Positions 1 to 13,852 of a DNA stretch of 64,000 bases are shown piece by piece. Each line of letters opens with the position of its first letter. The stretch's first letter is position 1. Origin of the DNA: Somniosus microcephalus (Eukaryota). Both the position numbers and the translations under genes were made by a program. The stretch spans positions 209,250,001 through 209,314,000 of the forward strand of contig CM126212.1 of NCBI GenBank assembly GCA_052327205.1, read 5' to 3'. The notes below the pieces were generated by a model, which did not search any database, had not been told where the DNA came from, and saw only the letters and a list, made by a program, of their open reading frames with translations.

Positions 1-1140
1 TCCCTCTGCCCTTTTTTGAACAGTGGGGGTAACATTTGCAATCCACCAGTCCTCTGGCATGACTCCCATATCTAAGGAGGATTGGAAGATTGTAGCCAGA
101 GCCTCTGCAATTTCCACCCTTACTTCCCTCAGCAACCTAGAATGCATCTCATCCAGACCGGGTAACTTTTCTACTTTGATCGCTGCCAACCTCTTTAGTT
201 CCTCCTCGTTATCTATTTTTATGCTATCCAATTTCTCTACTGCCTCCTCCTTTACTGTGACATAGGCAACATCCTCTTCTTTAGTGAAGACAGATGCAAA
301 GTATTCATTCAGTACCTCAGACATGCCCTCTGCCTCCACCAGAGATCTCCTTTTTTGGTCCCTAATCGCCCCACCCTTCCTTTGACTACCCTTTTAATAT
401 TTATATGTTTATAAATGACTTTTGGTTCCCTTTTATGTTATCCACTAATCTAGTCTCATACACTCTCTCTGACTCTCTTATTTCCTTTTTCAGATCTTCC
501 CTGTACTTTTTGTATTAGCTTGGTTCACTACTGAATTATGAACCCGACATTTATCATAAGCCTCCTTTTTCTGTTTCATTGTACTCTCTATCTTTAATGC
601 TCTTCCTTTCCCCCTTGTGGGAACGTTCTAATCTGTACCTGAACTATCTCCTCATCGAAGGCCTCCCATTGCTTATTTACTGTTATACCTGCCAATCTTT
701 GATTTCAATCCACCTGGGCCTCATCAACTCACTGAAATTAGCCCTCCTCCAGTTGAGTATTTTCACATTTGATTTTTCCTTGTCCTTTTCAATAACTACT
801 CTAAACTTAATGATACGGTGATCACTGTTTCCCAAATGCTCTCCCACTGAAATATGCACCACTTCATTCCCCAGGACTAGATCCAACATTGCTTCCTTCC
901 TCGTTGGGCTGAAAACATAGTGATCAAGAAAGTTCCCGTACACATTTCAGGAATTTCTCTCCTCTTTGCCCTTTACACTGTTATTTTCCCAGTCTATATT
1001 AGGATAATTGAAGTCCCCCATTATCACTACTCTAAGGTTCTTGCAGCTTTCTGCAATTTGCCTGCAAATTTGCTCAGCTATCTCCATCCCACTATTTGGT
1101 GACCTATCGTATACACCCAGCAGTGTAATAACTCCTCTAT
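1..1140 (-). mobile_element. Degenerate CR1 LINE ORF2 fragment
   Basis: Translates to PTRKEAMLDLVLGN...EHLGNSDH...LNWRRANF; frameshifted and deleted. Confidence 0.85.
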
Positions 1141-2351
1141 TGGGTTGGGTATGGATCCTCTGCCCACTCTAGGCAAGGACATCAGCGTAAGATAGAGTAG
1201 GGCTGGTGGCAGGGACTCCCTATGTTGGGATTGGTTTTATCACCTTGAGAGCAACCTAAAATAGGGTGGCCGGAAGTCTGCTGAGGTCAACATACGTTGC
1301 TGATAACCGGCGGAAGCAGGGTCCATTTGGGGTCAAGGCTGGGATCATGGCCTGAGACCCAGAGAGAAACCTTTTATAAATATTATATATATATTTAAAT
1401 GCAGCCCCCTCACAAAGGGCACCATTGAAGGCAATTGCCTTCTGCTTTTGGGGTGACCCCGACACCCTGCTCCTTAATGGTTGGGAGCCCGAGATACAGT
1501 TCCAGTGGTGCGGGTGCTCATCAGTCAAATGATAATTAAGGGAGTTCCCTTGAACCCACAAACATTAATGGGTCAGCAGCAGTTGCCTTGAGGTGTGCAT
1601 CCTGGCTCTTATGCTGGTGGCATTTTGTCCCTCAGTGGATTTTCAGGGCTCCGGACCCAGAACTTTCACTCTTTCATAGGCGGTGGTGGCCAGCCTAGTT
1701 CTACACTACAGTAAACTCTGAAATGTAAAAATGTGCCCGTGATGTTGGAAACATTGCTGTTTATCCAACCTAGAAATTGATCAGCAATCAATCACTAAAA
1801 TTTAGAGTTGCAGTAAAATAAACTAAATGTAATGAAATCGGTGATAAAACGCACTTTAATTGTTCATTCACAGCAGATGCATGATCAATACTGGGTTGCT
1901 TAAAGAGACAAAATCAATTTATAATTAGAAGACTGTTACACTGAGATAGTCCTGTTAATTGCATGCAATAATGTTTCAATATTTAACATTTCGGTTATTC
2001 TTTATGAAATTAGGATTTTGATAAACAAAAAGCAACCTATTGATTGTGAAATTTTGCGACAGCATTCCCAACAACAATACAGAAAGTTATTAATGTATGT
2101 TTCAGCACTATTACGTTCTCGGTCAGAAATATTCTCAGGTTGTTAATTTCTTGACCATGGGCATAAATTGCAGTTTTGTAAAAAGGTCTTTACATACAGT
2201 CATTTATAAGTTTCATAATATGGTATATTTACCTTAATAAAATATATTTCCATGCCCTCAAGGGAGCATGTTTGTCAAAAAATGTTTGCAGTCTTAAAAA
2301 TGTTAGCATAAAAAAAAACTATTCACTGAAAAGTGAGTAAAAAATAGTTGA

Positions 2352-2738
2352 AGAACGTACTTGCATTTTATACAGGCCTTTCACATCTTCAGGACGTCCC
2401 AAAGAGCTTCATGGCATTGAAGTGTGTTAGAAGTGTAGTCACTGCTGTTATGTAGGCAACTAATTTGTACACATCAAGGTCCAACAACCAGCAATGAGAT
2501 AAAAGACCAGATAATCTGTTTAGAAGGATAAAAGTTGGCCAGGAGAGCAGAACTCCTCTGCTCTTCAAATAGTGCCATGGGATCTTTATGTCCACTGAAA
2601 GACAGCGCCTGCAACAAAATAGCACTCCTTTAGTGCTGCACTGAAGTGTCAGCCTAAGTTATGTACCTTGGAGTGGGGTTTCAACGCACGACCTACTGAC
2701 TTAAAAGTGAGCGTGCTGTCACTGAGCCAAGACTGACA
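2352..2738 (-). mobile_element. tRNA-type SINE with L2-like tail
   Basis: Homologous to 36907-37294; tRNA-like head on minus strand; 3' end ...tataaaatgcaagt resembles L2 tails in this window. Confidence 0.65.
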
Positions 2739-4642
2739 CTTCTTTTTAATTCGTTTTTAAAAAAAACTTCACTACAGTTTCTGTTGTATTTAATTTTTAA
2801 AATATCTTTCACCTCAACTTTATTGAAGAAGCAGGCGAGCTGCGGCCTTCTCCATGATGTCCAAAAGCAGCATCACTTTACTCTCACAGGGGACCGCCAC
2901 AGCCCTCTGGAGAGCTAACAAAAATCATTGCAAGTACCCCCTTCAACGGATTAGAAATGACCATCACTTGGATTGGAACCTGAAAACAAGCATCAGCTGT
3001 AGCATTTACTCTTCAAGTGATGCTCGACATGATGATGGTCAATACATTTGCCAATGGTGTCGAAATGGTCACCTCTGTTTAGTAACATTGCACGGGTAAG
3101 ACACGTTAGCACTGCCCCTTAAACTGATTCTGCTTTTCTCTTTATTCCTTATGTACAACCGCTCGCTGTGACACAAAGGGGAAAACTTGGTTCTTTTACA
3201 GTGCAAAATCTGTGCAGGACATAACAGGTTTTGTGATCAAATATATATGGGAATAGTGTTGCTGTTTAAGGTTGAATATGGGTTTAAGAATAGGCATTTG
3301 TAAAATGAAAATCAAAAGTTCATTTTCTAAAGAGTAGATTTTCAGCTTTAAACTATTTTTAATTCAAAACAATTTCCATTCTGATAGCCCATGAAGCTAC
3401 AGGACAATCATTTTCAAATAGCTACTGACAGGACCACTATTTGATTTCTTGAAGTGTGATAAGCTGAGATATACAGAATACTCAAAATATTACAGCTCAA
3501 TTCATTAATGTAGGGCTGCGTTCAAAAATGTAGGCTGTCTGCACTGTTGTGTTGTAATTGCAGTAGAATAACTGATTGAATAATATATACCTGGGTTTGT
3601 TTAGACACAAAATAAATGTCATTTCTACCTAAATTATATGGTCACTTCAACTGTGCTTATTCATTTATTGATGTCTGATTGAAAAATGAACAGTTGAGGC
3701 GTCAGAACACTTAACCAAAGCATGCACACAATGGCAATTCTAGGCAATTGGTCCATAGAAAATAGGGCCGATTGTCACATCCCTGATGTCCAATTTACAC
3801 CTGTAAACAGGGCAGTAGCGAGTCAAAATGTGCAAGAAATAAAACACCGACTTACCACACGAGGTCCGCATGTTCTGATTTTTGGCCGGATCCTTGATTT
3901 AAGCACTTCCACTGGAAAAAGGCGAGGCTAATGAATCTATTTCAATGGGGGGGGGGGGGGGGTGTCAGATGATGCAGTTAAGACCACCAAGTGATTTTCA
4001 TATTAATTAGCACTGCCACCACTCCTTCCTTCACATGACCACAAATCATGGGCACTACAGGTCAGGAGGCGGCCATTTCCAGCACTACTTAAAGGGATCA
4101 TTCACTACAGTAATGGAAAGCTGGAGGCAGGTCTTGTTGGCGCTTATTTTTTTCTTGATTCTTTGGGAGTTCTAAGCAGTAAAACTTCCTTAACTTCAAT
4201 TCTTTGCTGTTTGATATGCTCTTCAAATTTCAACAATGCTGAAATAAGATACTCCACTGACCCCACCACCTCCTTGCTCTTTCCGGCCCTCCTCTTTAAG
4301 GTGCTGCTGTAGACCCTGCCAGATTCTGCACCCTTCCAACTGGCGAGCTGCTTATATACAGATCTATTAGCACTGATAGATCACCTCTTCATTGCTAATG
4401 ACACCCGGCCATGAAGATCAATTGGGCCTCACGCCAACATTATCGGGTGGGAGGAGCGGACGTTTACACTGGGAACAAACTGGAAACAAAAATCAACCCT
4501 CCTAAGTCATGACCTTTGATTAATTTCTTCTCAAGTGAAGCTGATCCGATAACTTATGGCAATCTCACGTCTAAAAGGTGTCACATTATTACTATCCCTG
4601 TGGAAAATGGCTTTCATTTCCACTGTTAAATTCCAACACAAA

Positions 4643-5215
4643 GCGTGGAATTTTAACCCCCCAAAACAGGTGGGTTTGGATCAGTTGGGATGTGAAAATT
4701 TAAAAAATCTCAAACCCGACCCCAACCAGCCCACTTCATTTTAAAGGCCAAATGGGGAGCAGCCAACGAACCCGCTCCCAGGAGGCGGGTTGGTCATTTA
4801 AATATTTTAATGAAGCTTTGTGCCTCACATTTAACCTGTCTTCCAGATTGAACCCTGGTTGGCCAGGTTTCCCGGGCCTCGGGAAACCTGGCAGCTAAAG
4901 GGAGGTGAGGACTGCTTTGTGGAAAAGGTAAGTATCTTTGCAGCACTGCTTGTGGGGCAGGAAGAGCAGAAGTGCTTCCCCCAACCCATTAAGCTTACCT
5001 GCTGCCCTGTCCACCATCACCCTCCACCCCGCCCCCCACGAGGATCGGCAAGCAACCCCCCCCCCCACCCCCAAACTCAGCTGCAGGTGCCCTCCTGGGC
5101 CTCCTCCAGAGCATTCCCCACCTGACAGGGAGCCAAGTCTGTCAATCTTTCAGGATTCCCAAACAAAACTCCTTCGCCCCACACAGGAATCCCATACCAG
5201 TCAATATTGGGGTCA
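4643..5215. mobile_element. Non-autonomous DNA element (MITE-like), same family as 15995-16622
   Basis: Shared aaacccgaccccaacc...cccacttt...ggttggt(c)atttaaatatt blocks. Confidence 0.55.
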
Positions 5216-5949
5216 AATATTCTAAAGGCAATTGTTCCACAACAATGCAGGTGTCAGCTAGCCAGCAGGAAGTGCAAGCTGTCAGAATATTGCCTGAGTT
5301 GTTAGTTTAACACCAGTGGAACTCCTGCCATTCAGCCGGGTTAAACCTGGTTTATGACAGGATTCAAGCATGCAGTCATTAAAGTGTGATGTATGTGCTT
5401 TTTCATTGCATCATCAAATTGCTTCTTCAAAAATATGTATTCTGATGATCTCTTAAATTTGAACACTGCATATCAACACATTTACCTTCTGGGTGATAAA
5501 AACAAGGTACAATGCATGACTTCCTTCTGTGCTGTAAATGTCTATGGAGCTTGCATAGTTTCAGATATCACCACAGGGTCCTTATGTAACATGTACCAGC
5601 AGCACCAGAACAGTTAATTCCCCAATTAGGTTACTAAAGCTGGTTATGATACTCACCCCGTATTTGAAGAGAAGACACAAAGCAAGGATGGTGACGTGAA
5701 GACATGTATGATTCATGCTGCTCTGTGAATTTATTAATTTTTTTTGTTTTGTTTTCACTTGTGCTCCTGCCACGAGATAATCTAATCATTTGACAGTAAG
5801 CAGCAAGAGCCAGTTCATGGTTTTCAAACTATAAAATCATTTACATCACATGGTTTACTGACTTCTTAAACCACAAACATTCCAGCAACACACTTGTAAG
5901 AATATGAGAATAACAATCAGAAAGCATAACCTTTTTGCATAGTATTAAA

Positions 5950-8050
5950 TGAACAGAGACATTTAGTTCTTTATTTACAATTATTGTCTGGGTAAAAAAT
6001 TCATAAAAACAGATGGATGAACACATGTCATTGCCCAGACAGGGCCAAATTGCCAAATGTACTGCTGCAATTTTTTATTATTATTATTTTCACAAAACTC
6101 ATGCTGATAAATACATTATGTAGAAGCAAGCATGTTTGTATTGCAGAATGATCTTAATAAATTGATCCTTTAAATTCCCTCATTTTAGGCTGTCCTGCAC
6201 TAAACAGATGCCAAAGAAACAAAAATCTTTGTAGCTTGTGAAGAAATGTGTGACCTGTCGTTGTGACTGGCTGAAATTGCATCTAATTTGATTTTAAACA
6301 AAAGCTACGTCACACATACATGCCCACAGAAGCCCAGATTTATATGCATCTTACTTTAAATGTATCTTACTTTAAATGTGTTACTATATACACAGGATTT
6401 ACTGGCAAATTCAGAGATGCCTGAACTCAGAACTAAAGGCATGTTCCTCTTTAGCAGGGCACAGACAGTTCTTAAAAGTTTCATCTTTCCAACTGGACCT
6501 TCTACAGGTCACAGAATCAAAATGAAAGTAAAAAATAAAGTTTTTTTCCACTGTCCATGATGCAAAGATTGTTTCATGCTCACTGCTTCATAGACATTTA
6601 GCCCCAATCCCCCGGATAAAAAATACATAGGGCTGTTACCGTCTTGAAGCGCTTTTTGTCTCACCCTTGTGACAAGCTTTTAATGGCTTCCCCCTTAGGA
6701 AAGCACAGTAAGTAGATTTAAACAATACTGCTGAGATGCTACAATGTATTTAGTAGGTGTCCGCAGGAAGACAAGCTCGATAAAACCACACAAAGCACAT
6801 CGAAATACATCACAGAAAGTTTCATTCGTATTTGGAGAGTGCAGAGTATGAAGATTGTTAAAAAAAAAATCAAATAAAAAAAAACCAAAGCAACCTAGGT
6901 TGTTTTGCTATTTTTTTCCTAAAACCTGACAGCCCTCAAGCTGTGATTTAAAAAAAAAACAATAAGCCACTAAAGAAAAAAAAGAAAAGCAACACAATAT
7001 CACAAGATTTCAACACTATTTTGATTTTTTTTTTCCCCATATAGACAAAGCCAAATATAACTTATTTTGCAATCAGCTCTAATAAACCCATCACAAGCTT
7101 GGATAGTTACAGTTATTTTGAAACATCTTATTTTAACAAGCAGGTGTTTATATATAGCAGACAGTTCAATCAAATTACATTTCAAATTGGCCTTTGCGAG
7201 TCTGAGAAAGACCAAAATAAATTTCAAGCATTTATTTAAAAAAGAAAAGAAAATCCCAGAGGACTTTAGTACCTAAAGATACACTCTCGGAAATAAAGGA
7301 AGCCATGCTGCATTTTTTGACCACGATCAATTAACATTAGGATACCATTTTAAACAATATTTCCCTGTTATATTTTGGCTTCTTTGTTTCTGCTAGCAAT
7401 ATCTACAATATTTAACAAAAAAGCAGGCAAATTCAGTACACGGTTGTAATGAAACATCTAGAATTCAATATTACAGAAGTACTCAACGAGAAGAGCTGCT
7501 TGTACTACGTCAGCAGCACTTAATACTCTACAAATAAACAAGAAAGTTATCTACAGGTTTTGTAAACAAATTACATTCTCTTCAGGACATAAATAAGGTA
7601 AAGTAGTAAGAGCCATTAAGCAGAAACAAGGCAACATGCCAAGAAACAAAGAAGATAAACTCTGTAGGTATTTAATAAATGCTTAGAAAGTTCCTCTGTT
7701 CAATTGGTGCAATTCTACTGTGCAAGTTGAGCTTTGCAACTTCAATTTTTAAAGTTTTGTTTTTTAAATTAATCTATACAATTAAGTCCATGCCACACAA
7801 GCACTTCAAAAGTCACAGACCAGTGGATTGGATACATTGCTTTAGATGCACTCAGTTGTGGTCCTTCCAGTGAAATTTGGGAAATGTACATTCATGCAGG
7901 ATCTCTATCTTGAGGAGGGTCAGCCAAACAAGAAATCACCCTTCCAGCAATTTCCCTTCTTGCTACAGAGCATAGAAGAGCACGATCAGAACAGTTTATC
8001 AGCCAGCAGGTTTTTTTTGTTTGTTCTGTTTTTTGCACAGAAATGGTCAG
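5950..8050 (-). other. Probable ATP2B2 3' UTR
   Basis: AT-rich, apparently repeat-free stretch after the stop; minus-strand AATAAA at 5970-5975 (another at 5730-5735); true end unknown. Confidence 0.5.
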
Positions 8051-8428
<378 letters not shown>

Positions 8429-9689
8429 CTAAAAACAATGAAGAGACAGAATATGTTTAAGGCAGTGCGGTGAGTTGAAGTCCACAGTCACTAGACTTTA
8501 TATAAGCATACGCAAGTGACTCAGTTTCGTGCATAGTGAGGTCGGTGAGAACTGCAATAAAACTGGAAAAAAGGCAATTGTAGAACTCATGGAAAGCATT
8601 GGTTAAATAAGCAAAGATCCAATGTGGTGTAACCTAGTAAAAGCCACGTTATTTTGTTACTTAAAGATTTAATGCAATGTCTATCCATGCATGTGAGAAA
8701 GTCTTGCAGTAAGTAAAAGGGTAAAAAGTGAAAAGTAGATTTATTTACATCTTATTTTTAAGATATATATATATATTTATGTATTCAGTATGAACAACAT
8801 ATTAAAACATAGACTACATGGTTACACAATTAAAGTAACAGCTCATTACAAGATGAACACTGAACAGAATGAAGGGAGCTGACAACAGGAAAATGGGAGA
8901 TGAAATGATGTTTTGCTGATGTAGATGGGAGCAGCCAGGAAGCACATCGCGAGACTCACCAGAAATACAAATCATGCCACAGAATAAGGAGGACACATGT
9001 AGATGGAAAAATCTGGCACATAGAGACAGCCATATTCAGAAGCCTGGTTAATGTGAAACATTAACAAGCATAATCCCATGCACATTGGGGTAAACGTTCG
9101 AGTATAGGCCCAGTGTTCTATCTCTGATCTCCATTAGGCCATTTTTGGACTTTTGTTGATGTTAGGAATGTAACAGGTTATGATTTCTCAAAACAATCCT
9201 TCCTTATCCCAGTCAATTCCAAAAAGATAAAGACTACCTTGTGGTATGTTAATTTGACAGTCTGGAATCAACTCCTGGCTGTACAGTTGGATAGTTTCAA
9301 CTGAAGTCCAAAACTTAATTCAAGCTCGCTACAAATTTCAGTTAAAGGGTTGGTTCAAACACTGTTCCGTTAACATGTCACAGGGTATAGGGTTTATTTA
9401 CTTTGGGGGAACAGATGCAGATAAATATAAAAATTACCTTGATTTATGAAAAGCAAGATTACTTTATGTTAGTAGTTTGCTTATTATGTTTCTGTTACCA
9501 ATGTTGAGGTTAAGGTCTGTTGTGCTGATCAGGTTAAATTTGAATTTACAGGGCTATTTAGAATTTAAGCACTACCTACATTATTAAGAGAAAAATCTCA
9601 AAATCTGCTTTAGCAGAATGTGGCCCACAGTTCTCAGCTTAACTTTTCCTGCTTTCTCATCAAATCTCAAGTGTACTTGGTAGCATTTA

Positions 9690-10960
9690 CATCATTCAGG
9701 TTTTAAACAGCTATTGATGATACAACACTCATCATAACCAGACTCGCCAGAGACACCATTAACATCTCCTTCATGTTGTCCCCTGTGCTGCTTTCCACAA
9801 CTGTCACTCTTCCATTTGGGTTTTCCTGTACACAGTCCAACCATCTCAGCTTTGGTCTGCTTGGCGATCTTTTGCCAGTTTCCATAATCTCCCGAGTACT
9901 GATCTTCAACCATCCTTTCACTGTAACACATGCTGTTAATTCACATAGACGGTTCCTTCTCATTATTTCACACTCCTCGTTAGTTCCAACAGTGTGTTTC
10001 AAAAGTATCCAATTTTTGCTTCTGTACCTTCATAAATATCCAGCACTCTGAACCATACAGAGGTACTGACTGTATGCTAACACCCACTATAGGTGTTCCC
10101 TCCTCCAGGGTAGTTTCCATAGTATGTCAAAGCACTTCCAGGTACAGCAGTTCTTGCTCATATTAAGCTTTTTTCCCACATATATAAGCTAATCCCAACT
10201 TCTGCTTGCTTAACATCAATGGTCACTTTCTTCAGTCTTTTAGCTTTCTGTGTTTTTCCTTAAATGATGGAGATAGCATTGATCTTTGAGAAAAGATGTT
10301 GAGACTCCACTTCTTTCCTGCAATACTCATCTCTTTGGTCATCATGATGGCAGTAGCTATGGAGTCAGCAAGGATGGCAACATCAGTTGCATATTCCAGG
10401 TCCTGCCCTACCCTTACATCTTCTGGCTCACTACCCTTGATGTCTCTACCCTTTCAATTTAGCCCATAATAATATTGGATAAGGTGGGTGATAACGCTCA
10501 GTCATTTTAGACTCCTGTCCTCACTTTAACCCATTGTGACATTTTTCCTTCCATTCTCACACAAGTCTTTATTCCCTCATACATATCCTTTAGCAGTCTG
10601 GAAATCTTTCCTACTTCTACTAACTCCCAGACACCATCTCTCCTCACTAAGTCCATCTGCTTATGATTTACAATACACACCCATAAACCTTTTCCATACT
10701 CCCCGTCACTTTTCAATTATCAGGCAGAGTGTGAAGCTCTGGCCAGCAAATCCAGAAGCTCTTCTGAAGCAGCTTTCGAACCAGGTATCTTAGCATCCCA
10801 TGCAGAAGTACCGCAGCCACATTAAGCAGGATAATGATTCTGGAATTTCTATTCCCCCTGTATATAGGCATCATTACTGACAGTTTCCAAAGTGGAGATA
10901 CTTTTCCTGTTTTGAAGACTGAATGACATGAAGCTCTTTCATCATTGCAGACCTCCCATC
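9690..10960 (-). mobile_element. Highly degraded RTE-like LINE
   Basis: Residual peptides GKRSPSRPKLRWLDCV and LLKDMYEG...VKVRTGV; ends approximate. Confidence 0.55.
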
Positions 10961-12655
10961 TTTAAATATCTAAGCATAATATACAAGGTAGTGAAAGTAA
11001 TTGTGATACAGCTAGTCTTATGAAGTGGGGTTTGTCAATTTTTCCAATTAAAAATTTGATTTTCCATTTATCATTTGATTGAATTAGTATGATAGATCAT
11101 GACTTGTAACTGTCTGGTTTTGAATGCTAGCTTTGAAGACAACTTTTTATTTGCCATGTGGGACTGGAATAATTATAGGTAGTGCAAAGTACTGTAGTTT
11201 TATTTCTGTTGACAGTAACACATGATGAATGTCAGTGGTACAAATCAATATCAACCCAAAGTCTGTGCAAATAGAAAAGTGAAATTATTTTGAATAAAAT
11301 ATGTACTCTACCTGTTTAGTTTTCAGTGTATGAACACCATCATTAAATAATTCTAATCTGTTTTAGTATATATAAACAATTTACTTTAAAAAAAAATGTG
11401 CATGCTATTTACTAACTGAATCTGTACAACAAATAAATTTTCCATTCTAAAATGGACAAGGAATTTATTAGGTGCAGAATGACTGATGGGAAGCAAGTGA
11501 TCTGGAAAATAATTCACAGGACATCAAGACAAGTGAGTTCTATGCTCTTGACATCTTTAGGTTTTCTTATTCTACTGATTCCAATTTGGCAATTCTATCA
11601 TTACCACATTGGGAATAATAATAACTAATATAGTTAGAAATGTTGCTTTGCCCATTAAAGACAATACAGACGTACACTTCAACTTATTTCAGTTTTCATC
11701 TTGAGTAATTGTCTAGCTACCTATTTCTGGACTGGGTTTGAACTTGGGGAATTCCAGATGGCTCTCAGATCATGTGTTCTACTTTGCCATCTACTGGCGT
11801 AGAAATGTTACCAATCTTAACATCCCTTTCCATTAAACTGTCACTATGTTTTGTTATAATTTTTGAAGAAACTGTTGTCCCAGGCTATGAATATGAAACA
11901 TGCAGTACTACATCGCATGCATGCTTTTCTCTATCCCACTGAAACAGCCGAGAAAATTTTAGATAAAATGATTTTTACTATAAAATGTGAGAATTTATAA
12001 TCAACTGTAGCCACTTTACTCAGATTTAGTCACATCAAAATATTTCCAACATGTTAAATGCTGACGGTGGGGGACCATGTGGAAACAACTGCCCAGGCAG
12101 TCAGGGCACATTACAAACTAGGCAGTGTCCCTGGACATAGAATATAAGAAAAACGACTGACAATGCACAGGCAGGACAAAAATGAGTAAAAACTTTTTTG
12201 TGGCAGAACAGAAAAACGAACAACAAGAAAATGTACTGTAATTTGACAAAAGACTTGGGGACAAGACTTCATGACACTCTCATGTGGTGGTCTTATTCTC
12301 CAGGGCCTTCTCGTCTTCTGCTTCTCAGTCACCCAGAAAGTGAGGCAAGGCGCAGGAGTGTCCTTGGCAATGAGTACCACAATGGCTTTGTCTAAGATTT
12401 TGCAAGGAAGGAAAAATAGTTTAAGTAAATCAAGCTCATCGTCTTGCTCTTGGGTTTGCCTGGTCTGAGTCGCCACATGAGGGGGGGAAAAAAGAAGAGA
12501 CTGTGTATAGTTCAGATGACACACTGTAAAATTAAAAGATTTTTTTGGCATTCTGTGGGCTTATACTCGAAAGTTTACACACACTTTTTAAGCCTAATAT
12601 CTAGATTCATAGGCCCAAGCAGTTCACATTAATTGCAGGCTCGGGTCAGACTCAC

Positions 12656-12709
12656 AACCTTTATTTCACTCCCTCCTGCTGGACCCTTTGCCTAGGGTTG
12701 TCTAGTCCT
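12656..12709 (-). CDS. ATP2B2: PMCA2 small second site-C exon carrying the 'a' isoform stop (...GQD*)
   Basis: 54-bp candidate: ttttctccag acceptor, GTGAGT donor; position and size fit the small second site-C exon of mammalian PMCA2; early TAG in frame. Confidence 0.65.
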
Positions 12710-12873
12710 CTGGAGAAAACAAACACATTCACTTCAGACACATAACAGGTCGCTGAGAGGTAAATAATATTGAACTCTACAAAAAGACTGACGAGATGAT
12801 TAGTATCAAATAGTTAAAAAGCAAAGTAGAGAGATGTGAAAGATCATCTTGTGCATTAAGAATACACACTCAC

Positions 12874-13051
12874 GCCCAGCAGTAGCAGCAGAAGCGCTGG
12901 TAGGAGAGGAAAGAGCATTGGGAGTAGATAACGATACGTGAGTAGGGCTAGAAATATTGGTTACATCTTGATTTTGGCTGGTAACGGATGACTGCCGCCT
13001 TAGAGCCCCCTGAAAGGAAGTGCCACTCTTGAATGTATTCACTACATCGAT
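12874..13051 (-). CDS. ATP2B2: PMCA2 alternative splice-site-C exon 1 (IDVVNTFKSGTSFQGALRRQSSVTSQNQD...AATAG), 'a'-type isoform
   Basis: 178-bp exon with cag acceptor and GTGAGT donor; closely resembles mammalian PMCA2a IEVVNTFKSGASFQGALRRQSSVTSQ; possible internal donor GTAACC after 87 nt (12965). Confidence 0.9.
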
Positions 13052-13242
13052 CTGCAATGGAGGAGAGAATGAGAAAGTTTGCTGAAGATGGAGATACAAG
13101 ATTAATGTGCCAGGGAACCTCCAATACACAAACATGATTCAATTAGCAAAAATGTACAGGGCCCAACACTTTGATAATTTTGCAGTAAAATAATGATAAA
13201 TTTAAACAAATGCACTCTTACTAATCAATAAAAACCCAAATA

Positions 13243-13852
13243 CAAAAGCAAAATACTGCAGATGCTGGAAATCTGAAATAAAAATGCTGGAAATACTCAG
13301 CAGGTCAGGCAGCATCTGCAGAGAGAGAAACAGAGTTAACGTTTCAGGTCGATGACCTCTCGTCAGAACTGGAAAAAGTTAGAGATGTAACAGATTTTTA
13401 AGCAAGTGTGGGGCAGGGAAAGGGGAGAAAAGAACAAAGGGAAGGCCTGTGATAGGATGGAAGGCAGGAGAGATTAAAAGACAAAAGGGATGATGGTGCA
13501 AGGCAAAAGGAGATGATAATGGGGACAAATTAAAAAACTAAAGATGAGTCTAGATGAGGTGTAAATGGGAATGGCAGAATCATCAACAGCTGCCATGTGA
13601 GAGAGAAAAAAATTTAAACAAAAAAAATATAGGGGCCGAGGTTATGGTCTGAAATTGTTGAACTTGATATCGAGTCCAGAAGATTGTAAAGTGCCAAATC
13701 GGAAGAAGAGGTGCTGTTCCTCGAACTTACATTGAGGACGGAGAGATCAGAGTGGGAGTGGAGCAGAGGTACTTTACAGCCTTCCAGACTCATCTGTTTC
13801 TCTCTCCACAGATGACCTGCTGAGTATTTCCAGCATTTTCTGTTTTTATTTA
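13243..13852 (-). mobile_element. Penelope-like element remnant with inverted terminal copy
   Basis: 13283-13335 is an inverted repeat of ~13793-13840; contains a hammerhead core; homologous to 44760-44886. Confidence 0.7.
13334..13370 (-). ncRNA. Minimal type-I hammerhead ribozyme motif
   Basis: Minus strand AGTT-CTGACGA-G-AGGTC-ATC-GACCT-GAAACGTT-AACT: core boxes, 5-bp stem II, palindromic stem III. Confidence 0.65.

Noticed and set aside
6348-6379. 16-bp direct duplication in the 3' UTR (also poly-G at 3946-3962)
   Set aside because: These are ordinary slippage products with no sign of function.
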